Positions 56,228 to 64,000 of a DNA stretch of 64,000 bases are shown here, in pieces. Under the pieces are notes generated by a model that searched no databases, was not told the origin of the DNA, and saw only the letters and a program-made list of their open reading frames with translations. Origin of the DNA: Blastocladiella emersonii ATCC 22665 (taxonomy: Eukaryota; Fungi; Blastocladiomycota); assembly GCA_025594325.1 (NCBI GenBank), contig JANHCV010000003.1, positions 1,550,001 through 1,614,000 on the forward strand, read 5' to 3'. Both the position numbers and the translations under genes were made by a program. Numbering within the stretch: position 1 is the stretch's first letter; each line of letters begins with the position of its first letter.

Positions 56228-57445
56228 ATGGATCCGTCCCTGCAGACCTTATCAGTCGGCTTGTCGATCGGCAGTTGCTGCTTGGCGGCGGCCGTCGCTG
56301 CTTCGCTCCTTCGACGTACCTTCCCATCCTCGTTTGGAACATTCGTTGCTGCCGATTCAGCACTGCGATACATGACAACACGTTGCCGCCTGCTCTTTAC
56401 CGCGTCTGTGCTCGTGCTGTTCAACAGTATCAACAGCGCCATCCACTTTGGGATGTTCACGAACGCGACGTCGGTTGCACCCTACTTCTGGTTTCGCGTC
56501 GTGCGCATGGTGACGGTTCTGTGCACGGGGCCAATTGTGACCTTGGCCGTCGCCCAGCGATGTGCTTTCGTGGTCATGCGCCGCCCAGAATCTCGCAAGC
56601 GGCTTCTCCGAGTCGTCGCCGTCGTGTGCGCGCTGGTCACGGCCGCGATCCAGCTCGCGGCAGGGATCACGATTGCGCGACTCTGGCAGCTGAATGACCT
56701 CGTCCGGTGGCGGGACTCCTCGAACTACGATAGCTGGGCCCTCATTTTTCTCGCGGTGCTTCCAGTCATCACGCTGGGCGGGAGCGCGTGGTCACTCTGG
56801 CGAGCGTTCCATGCGCCCGAAGCAATCTCGAGCAGCATCCCAGCGATGTCAAGTGTGGCGAGGCTCCAGGCATCGGCCGATGTACTTCAATCGCCTGCTC
56901 CAGCGCATCCTTCAACTTCACGCTTCGATGCACCGAGCAGACCACCGGCAACCTCCCGTGGCGCGACAAGTTTCTCGTTTGCCGCTTTATTCCGTTCTCG
57001 GAGCGACCTCAAGTGCCTCGAGGCGTCTAATGTCAAGCTCAACACCACCCTCGCCTCGAACGGCGTCAGTGCGACTTCAAGTCGGGTGCATTACAGCCTG
57101 AACGCAACTTTCAAACTCTACACGATCGTCATCTTCCTCGGCTGGATCGCCGTGCTTTTCGTGTCCTCACCAGCTTACCGCGGCAGCATCAAGTACGAGA
57201 TCATCATGGACTACTTTTCATGCGGAGCGATCCTCGTCGAAAGCCTGTTCGAGCGCCTCGTCAAGTTCACCCACGCGTTGAATCGCGACCAGCGGGGCCA
57301 CAGCGGTCAGTTTTTGGCCACGGAAGCTCCAGGAAGTGTTGTCCAGCTTCCGTGCAAGACGCTTGGCGTTCGTTCGCAAGGGCCGGGCATCACGAGCGAG
57401 GCGTCGTTTGTCGGTGTATTTCATGAATGGGATTCTCGTTTATGA
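56228..57445 (+). CDS. Orphan 7TM GPCR-like protein, copy 1
   Basis: Intronless 405 aa with five hydrophobic helices, a long Ser/Pro-rich loop, two more helices and a polar tail ending EWDSRL. Confidence 0.75.
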   Translation: MDPSLQTLSVGLSIGSCCLAAAVAASLLRRTFPSSFGTFVAADSALRYMTTRCRLLFTASVLVLFNSINSAIHFGMFTNATSVAPYFWFRVVRMVTVLCTGPIVTLAVAQRCAFVVMRRPESRKRLLRVVAVVCALVTAAIQLAAGITIARLWQLNDLVRWRDSSNYDSWALIFLAVLPVITLGGSAWSLWRAFHAPEAISSSIPAMSSVARLQASADVLQSPAPAHPSTSRFDAPSRPPATSRGATSFSFAALFRSRSDLKCLEASNVKLNTTLASNGVSATSSRVHYSLNATFKLYTIVIFLGWIAVLFVSSPAYRGSIKYEIIMDYFSCGAILVESLFERLVKFTHALNRDQRGHSGQFLATEAPGSVVQLPCKTLGVRSQGPGITSEASFVGVFHEWDSRL

Positions 57446-57687
57446 TGTTGGTTCCGAGCAATCTTCCTGCCACATGATCCGACGCGAAGTAGACGGGTAA
57501 GCGTGACGGTCATTTCACGTGCTCGCGAGGACACAAACCGGATCGAGGCCGTCTCCCACGCCATTCGTGCGCTTTTGAGTTCAACCGGCTCGTTCTCTGC
57601 CAACGCAACTCCTACTTCTTGATGTATACTTGATGAATCAGTTTATGACTTGATGCAACTGCTCGAGCTCGACGAAACAATCGGAAA

Positions 57688-58887
57688 ATGGACGCTGGTC
57701 CGCAACCGCAAGCGCTTCTATTCTCGGCCGCAAGTGGTCTGATCTCGACCGCTGTCGCCGTTTCTCTGTTTCGGCGGGCCTTCCCTGCCGCTTTTGGCAT
57801 CTTCATACCATCGGATTCTGCGATCAGCTACATGACGACGCGCTGTCGGCTTCTCTTCATCGGCGCTGTGCTCATCGTGCTCGACAGTATCAACAATGCT
57901 GTCCACTTTGGTTTCTTCATCAACTCGACCTCAATATGGCCCTTCTTTTGGTTCCGCGTCATTCGCATGGGCACGCTGCTGTATTCCGGTACGCTCGTCA
58001 CTCTGGCCATCGCACAGCGGTGCGCGTTGGTCGTCATGCGTCGCCCCGAAGCTCGGAAACGGCTACTCCGTAGTGTGGCCCTCGCGTGCACAATTACCAC
58101 CATCGCTTTGCAGGTCGGGACGGGGATCATGATCGCACGGCTCTGGCGGCTCGACGATCTCCAGCAATGGCGGACATCGCCCAACTCGGACGGATGGACG
58201 AGCCTCTTCCTTGCGCTGCTCCCCATCATCACTGTCGTCGGGAGCGCGTGGTCGCTGTGGCGGGCGTTTCGTGCGCCAGTCGAAGGCGGCTCCAGCACCC
58301 CGGCGCTTCCAAGCGGTGCGGCGAGCCAGGCCTCGCCCGAGTCACCACAACCTGCGACAGAGGTTCGCGCCGAGAACTCCAAGCCAAGCGCGACACCCGC
58401 CGTATCACCTCGCACGTCTCGCTCGCTGCTCAAGCTCTCGTGGTCCATGAACGGGCTGTCGCGCTCGTCATCTTTGAAACCCAAACCTGGCGCTGGCCCA
58501 ACTTTCAGTCGCGTCCAGTACAGCATGAACTCAAGTTTCAAATGGTACACGATCGCCATCTTCATCGGCTGGGCGGCCATTCTGTACGTCTCGTCGCCAG
58601 CGTACCGGAGCAACCTCAACTACGAAGTCATCATCAGTTTTCTCAGCAGCGGCGGGATTCTCATTGAAAGTCTCTTCGAGCGCCTGGTCCATTACACTCA
58701 CTCGCGAGCCGGCGGCCGGCGAAGCGACGCGGGCCACTTCTTGGCCACCGAGGTCCCCGGGAGCGCCGTCGAGCAGCATCACGCACATTCGGCGAAATTC
58801 ATGGGTCAGAAAGCCCAGGGATCAAGTGTTGTCGTAAGCGAGAGATCCGTCGTAAGTGCGTCAAACGAATGGGAGTCGAGGTTCTGA
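57688..58887 (+). CDS. Orphan 7TM GPCR-like protein, copy 2
   Basis: Intronless 399 aa collinear with copy 1 (RRAFP, DSA..Y.T.RCRLLF, FWFRV.RM, AQRCA.VVMRRPE.RKRL, ESLFERLV, GHFLATE, EWESRF). Confidence 0.75.
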   Translation: MDAGPQPQALLFSAASGLISTAVAVSLFRRAFPAAFGIFIPSDSAISYMTTRCRLLFIGAVLIVLDSINNAVHFGFFINSTSIWPFFWFRVIRMGTLLYSGTLVTLAIAQRCALVVMRRPEARKRLLRSVALACTITTIALQVGTGIMIARLWRLDDLQQWRTSPNSDGWTSLFLALLPIITVVGSAWSLWRAFRAPVEGGSSTPALPSGAASQASPESPQPATEVRAENSKPSATPAVSPRTSRSLLKLSWSMNGLSRSSSLKPKPGAGPTFSRVQYSMNSSFKWYTIAIFIGWAAILYVSSPAYRSNLNYEVIISFLSSGGILIESLFERLVHYTHSRAGGRRSDAGHFLATEVPGSAVEQHHAHSAKFMGQKAQGSSVVVSERSVVSASNEWESRF

Positions 58888-59175
58888 CATGAACGACAGC
58901 AATTGGTATCCGAATGGCGCATCCGAGAGAGGAGACCCGTCTCGCTTTGCAGCGCAAGTCATGAAACTGATCAGGAGCAGGCTCACGTGGAGTTGAAAGA
59001 CGCGAAACACTACCCCTGGCCTCGCCCATACCCGATGAATTGTCTCCCGGGTGCGGTCGATGGCGTCCCTGGCCATCAATTCGCTGCAATCGCTGCACGT
59101 CAAGGTCGATCAGAGCTCCGTGGCTACAAATGCAACCTCATGCACACAAATAGTTGAGACAAAGTCGTCAACAAA

Positions 59176-60263
59176 ATGGACTCGCAAGTGGCGCTCGCAC
59201 TTGGACTTTCGGTCGCGAGCGGCCTTCTCGCGATGGCCATCGCCGCTTCGCTCTTTCGGCGGGCCTTTCCGGGATCATTTGACATCTTCATCGCGCCCGA
59301 CTCAGCGCTCCGCTACGTGACAGTTCGCTGCCGCTTACTCTTCACCGCGGCCGTGCTCGTATTGATCGACAGCGTCAACAACGCTGTCCGGTTCGGTATC
59401 TTCGCCAATGCCACCTCTTCAACTCCCTTTTTCTGGTTTCGCGTCGTTCGCATGGGAACACTTCTCTACTCTGGCCCGCTCGTCACGTTTGCCGTCGCGC
59501 AGCGGTGTGCCTTTGTTGTCATGCCTCGGCCCGACGCCCGCAAGCGGCTCGTTTGGATTGCGCCACTGTTGTGTGCCACCATCGCTTGTACCATCCAGCT
59601 TGCGGCTGCGGTCACCATCGTACGACTGGCAGCATCTAACGACCTGTTGCAGTGGAAGACCTCGCCGAACGAATCATGGGGCTTCATCTTTCTCGCTGTC
59701 CTTCCCGTGATCACGGTCGTCGGGAGCGTTTGGTCTCTTTGGGTCGCCTTCCGAGGCCCCGAGCAGACCTCAACCGACAAACTACCAACACCCAAGTCTT
59801 CTATCCAACCCGATGTAACGCGTTCAGCGCCTCTCGCCTCGCGGCTTCAGCTGTTTGCTCCGGCACCAGCCGTTGGACCAACACACAGCCGCGTGCAGTA
59901 AAGCTTGAACACCAGCTTCAAGCGGTACACAGTCATTCTCTTGATTGGCTGGGGGATCGTGGGCTACGACTCTTCGCCTGCCTACCACGGAAGCGTTCCC
60001 TACGAAATTGTTATGAACTACCTCTGCAGCGGTGGAATCATGATCGAGAGCTTGTTTGAGCGTCTCGTCAAGTTCACCCACGCGCGCGCGCGTCTGAGCA
60101 GCGTGGCTATGCGGGTCATTTCTTGGCTACTGACCTTTCCGCAAGTGCAACTGATCAAGCAACACCGTACGACAAGGCAGCTGGTCCCGGAACGCGAAGT
60201 GTGAACGTGGTGAACGGAACCGGAGTCCTGAGTGACATGGACGAATGGGAAACGATAGATTAG
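59176..60263 (+). pseudogene. Orphan 7TM GPCR-like protein, copy 3 (nonsense + frameshift)
   Basis: TAA at 59899-59901 where the paralogs have TAC (Tyr). A frameshift in the CG run near 60080-60091; the shifted frame recovers GHFLATD...EWETID* ending at 60263. Confidence 0.8.
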
Positions 60264-60676
60264 GTTGTGGTCAAAATCAGCCTCTAAAAACTCCACACCT
60301 TCGACCTTGAAGCGATCCGCCGTCAAAACGCGAGGTCGATGGACGCGTCGAGAAATCACGTGTTCCTAACGTGACGTGAGCGGTGGAGACAGCGACGCGT
60401 TTCGGCGCGTCTCCTCCGCGCGCGCGTGCCGGGCCCGTTCTGGAAGCGCCGATGGCCCGCAAATCTGCACCCGAGTAGCGACACCAGCTCATGAAATGCA
60501 TCTGCACGGCTCCAGGCCAGCCCGACTCCTTGCAACAACCTGACCCGCCCTCTGCCGTCGACGTCGACGTCGCCGCACCCGCGTCACCCGGCCGCCGGCC
60601 GACTCTCGGCGCTCGCTATTTCCATTGATCGCGTGACGCAACTCCCGCGCAAGCAGCGCGCCGCTCGAACCCCGCC

Positions 60677-63244
60677 ATGACGGTCGCGCGCTACATTCAA
60701 ATCGACCCGGCGACGCTGTCGCTGTACCAGCGGCTGACGGCGTGGGTCGTGCACCCGCAGTCGCGGCGATACGTGTGGTGGCGCACCCTCGTGCTGATAT
60801 CCATCTACATCACGGTCGTCGTCGAGCCGTACGCGTCGGCGTTTGACCGCCGCGAGAGCCTCATCAGCTGGCTGTACGCGGCGGACCTGCTCTACTTCTT
60901 CGACGTGGTCCTGCGTTTCCACCTGCCGTACATTGAGGAGCACGTGTACATCATGGACGTGCGCAAGATCACCTGGAACTACGTCGAGACCGAGTTCTGG
61001 CTCGACCTCGCCGCGCTCGTGCCCATCGAGGTGGTCGCGCCCATGTTCTCGAGCGACATTGCGTTCTGGGTGCTCCGAACAAATCGGCTGGTGCGTACTC
61101 GCTGACGCTCAGCTCGAGGGATCTCACGCTGACCCCGCTTCCCTCGGGCGCGAACAGATCCGCGTCTACCGGTGCTTCAAGTTCTTTTCCGAGCAGCAGG
61201 CCGACCTCAACGCGAGTGTCCTGCTCATCTTCCTCAAGTTCTCGTTCCTCATCTCGCTCGTGTGCCACTGGTACACGTGCATCATCTTCATCGTCGGGTA
61301 CGCGCCGCTCGCTCTCGCCGCGAATGAGGCACCTCGAGCTCACGTCGCTCCACCGCCGTGTAGCTGCCCCGCCGAGTGCTCGCCAGGCGACGACCTGTCC
61401 ATGAGCTGGCCATCGACGGCGCTGCCGTACCTCGACATGCGCGAGGAGGGCCGCGTGTCCAAGTACCTGATCAGCCTGTACTTCAGCGTGTACACGCTGA
61501 CGACGACGGGGTACGGGCACCTGCACCCGGTGTCGGACCCGGAGCGGTGGGTGATCATCTTCGGGATCGGCCTGTGCAACTTTGTGTTCGGGTACTGCAC
61601 GGGGACGGTCACGTCGCTGCTGGTCAACTACCGAGGCACGCAGCTGCAGTACGAGCAGAAGGTGCAGGCGGTGCGCGACTACATGATGCAGCGGTCGTTC
61701 CCCGAGGACCTGCAGTCGCGCATCCTCGACTACTACGAATACATGTGGCTGCGCACCGCGGGCATCGACGCATACCTGCTCCTCCAGCACCTGCCGCCCG
61801 CCTTCAACGCCGAGGTCACGCTGCGCATGAACGAGACGTTGCTCGCCAAGGTGCCCATCTTCTCGGGCGCCAGCAAGAGCTTCCTCATGACGCTGTCGCG
61901 CGCCCTACGGCCCGAGGTGTTCCTCCCCGGCGACCTGATCGTGCACAAGGGCGACGTCGGGCAGGAAATGGTGCGCGCCCTCGCTTCCCCGCGATGGAAT
62001 ATCTTCTAACCATCGCCATCTGTTAGTACTTTATCTGCCGCGGCAAGGTCGAGGTCGTGTCGGACGACCTGCTCGAAGTCTACGACGCCATGGGCGAGGG
62101 CACCTTCTTCGGCGAGGTGTCCCTGCTGCTGTCGTGCCCGCGCACCGACAACATCCGCGCGGCGACGCACTGCGACATCCGCGTGCTGTCCAAGCCTGAC
62201 CTGGACCAGATCCTCGAGCACTTCCCGGACATGGCCGAGCGCATCTACGCCAAGGCGCAGGAGCGCGTGCGCAAGCACACGATGCGCGCGTCCATCAACT
62301 CGCTGACGCCCATGACCGACATCCACGTCTCGGCGTCCCGGTTTGCCGCCGCCGGCGCGTCGCGTAGCTCGGTCGCGATCCCGCACGGCGGCGGCGCCGC
62401 CGACTTTATGCGCGCCGCCGCCGCGTCCACGCCGGGCCTCCAACACCACTACCACCACCACGCGGGGCTCGGCATCAACACGAGCACCGGCATGATGCCC
62501 ATGAACCCGGGCGCCGCCAAGCTCAGCGGCAGCGACCCGGTGCACCCGGGCGGCGCTGGCGCTATGTCGATGAGCGGCCCGCTCACGCCCGTCCAGCACC
62601 CCGCCAACGCGGTCGCCGCCACGGCGTACGTCGGCGGCGGGAACATCCACACGGACCACCTCACGTCCGCGGCGGGGATGCCCACGACCACGTCGCACGG
62701 GACAGGTGGCGGCAACATCGGTCTGCCCGGCCAGCACCCGCCCGCGATGCCGTCGGCGCCGCAAGCCGCGAGCACGGAATCGCAGTCGTCGGTCCCCGGC
62801 GCCGCGCTGATGATGGGCCTGCTGCGCGGCCGCACCAACGCCGTGTCGGAGACAGTCGGCCGGCGGCCGACGGTGCACGGGTCGGCGACGCAGACATCGG
62901 TGGCGTCGTACCACGGGACGCAGGCGTCGCTCGCGGACCCGAGCGGGAACGGGAACGGGCACGGGAGCGGCGGCGGCATGGGCGTCGCGGCTGCGGACGA
63001 CGGGTTGCGGCGCACGTCGTACAGCGCGTACAACTCGACGGCGACGGTGGCCACGTCCGCGACGGTGCCGTCGGCGCTCGCGGGGATCGCGCAGGGCGCG
63101 AACCTCAGCGGGCTCCCGCAGGACCCGGCGCTCCCGGCGCCGCGCCGCGCGCGGCGCGCGTCTGAGCAGGGCGCCAACTTGATCTACGGCCGGCCGAGTA
63201 CCCGCGGCGGACCGGATCCGTTTGGGCCCGCGCGCTTCTTTTGA
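60677..63244 (+). CDS. 6TM cyclic-nucleotide-binding K+ channel (CNG/KCNH/CNGK-like)
   Basis: Introns 61091-61157 and 61971-62026. S4 VLRTNRLIRVYR, filter TLTTTGYG, C-linker, CNBD FLPGDLIVHKGDVGQEMYFI...FFGEVSLL...RT, and a long low-complexity tail. Confidence 0.92.
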
Positions 63245-63381
63245 GTAGGACGGTGGTGGGTTGCGCAAGGAAGGAAGGGGGGAATATTTGCTGTTATTCG
63301 CGTATACATTGGTCAGAAACAAAATGGGGGACACGGGGAAGCGAGCGGGAGTCGAGGGAAGGTCGAACTGAGAGCCGACGT

Positions 63382-64000
63382 CTACAGGGTGATGACGGGC
63401 AGCTCCTCGTCGACGGGCATGGGCACCTGGGCGTGGGCCTGGTGCTCGATGCCGAGCAGCTTGGACCAGTGCGCGGCGGCCTGGATGGTGCGGGTGGCCT
63501 TGCGCAGCTTGTCGACGGCGCCGAGCGACTTGGAGTTGGCGCGGATCGCGGGCAGGAGGTCGCTGGGCGTGACGGCGCCGGCAGCCGCCGTGGCAGCGGC
63601 AGCGCCGCCCTTGGGCGGGAGCGAGGCGAGCCACGGGTGGGCGAGAGCCTGGCGGGCGGTCATGCGCTCGTTGGGGTCGAGCTTGAGCAGGCCGCGGATA
63701 AAGTCCTTGGCCACGTCCGAGACGTGGGTCCAGTACTCCTTGGGCTCGAAGGCGTAGTCGGCGCGGATGATGGCCTGGATCTCGTCGACGGTGGTGTTGC
63801 GGTCGAAGGGCGTGTACCCGGACAGGAGGAAGTAGGCGATCACGCCAATGGCCCACATGTCGACGGGCTTGGAGTAGGCGAGGCGCTGGAGAATCTCGGG
63901 CGACATGAAGCCGGGGGTGCCGCAGGTGGTGGTGAGGAGCGGGTACGACTCGGACTCGAGGCAGCGGGCGAGGCCGAAGTCGGCGATGAGCAGGTCGGCG
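63382..64000 (-). CDS. CMK1: Ca2+/calmodulin-dependent protein kinase (CaMK1/CMK-like), 3' part; the gene starts beyond the window
   Basis: IADFGLA, TTCGTPGFMSPE, KPVDMWAIGVIAYFLLSGYTPF, AKDFIRGLL.LDP..R.TA.QALAHPW, and a CaM-binding-like KLRKATRTIQAA segment. Confidence 0.88.
   Translation of the reverse strand, partial: ADLLIADFGLARCLESESYPLLTTTCGTPGFMSPEILQRLAYSKPVDMWAIGVIAYFLLSGYTPFDRNTTVDEIQAIIRADYAFEPKEYWTHVSDVAKDFIRGLLKLDPNERMTARQALAHPWLASLPPKGGAAAATAAAGAVTPSDLLPAIRANSKSLGAVDKLRKATRTIQAAAHWSKLLGIEHQAHAQVPMPVDEELPVITL

Noticed and set aside
4054-63384. Genome-wide reassignment of TAG to a sense codon
   Set aside because: TAG is the genuine stop of the MARK kinase right after KA1 (4054-4056) and of the CaMK (63384-63382).
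1-64000. tRNA, rRNA or CRISPR arrays
   Set aside because: No cloverleaf, rRNA-like segment or regularly spaced repeat array was recognised by eye; tRNAscan-SE and Infernal would be needed to exclude small RNAs.

Overview
GC-rich eukaryotic genomic DNA with short (about 55-100 nt) spliceosomal introns (GTACG/GTGCG donors, CTRAC-like branch sites, YAG acceptors). The gene content points to an early-diverging fungus, probably Blastocladiomycota-like (inference). Core genes: MARK/KIN1 kinase, calnexin, Bem46/ABHD13, a divergent beta-tubulin, TAF4, RPAP1/Rba50, a 2OG-Fe(II) oxygenase, a TPT-family transporter, a cyclic-nucleotide-binding K+ channel and a partial CaMK. Accessory content: (i) an MLKL-type four-helix-bundle + intact TKL kinase + Kelch-like gene directly downstream of a membrane-anchored P-loop GTPase carrying one in-frame TAG; (ii) a secreted-protein gene with a pseudogenised paralog; (iii) an 8.7-kb AcademH-like DNA transposon (transposase + RecQ-like helicase, long imperfect inverted repeats); (iv) an intronless IucA/IucC siderophore synthetase with upstream GATA sites; (v) a tandem array of three orphan 7TM GPCR-like genes. 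The most striking single item is a spliced SPX-ACT-ACT-phosphoserine phosphatase fusion (53501-55721, minus strand), a candidate inositol-pyrophosphate-regulated serine biosynthesis enzyme. All domain calls come from motif recognition by eye; no database search was run, so novelty statements remain to be tested.
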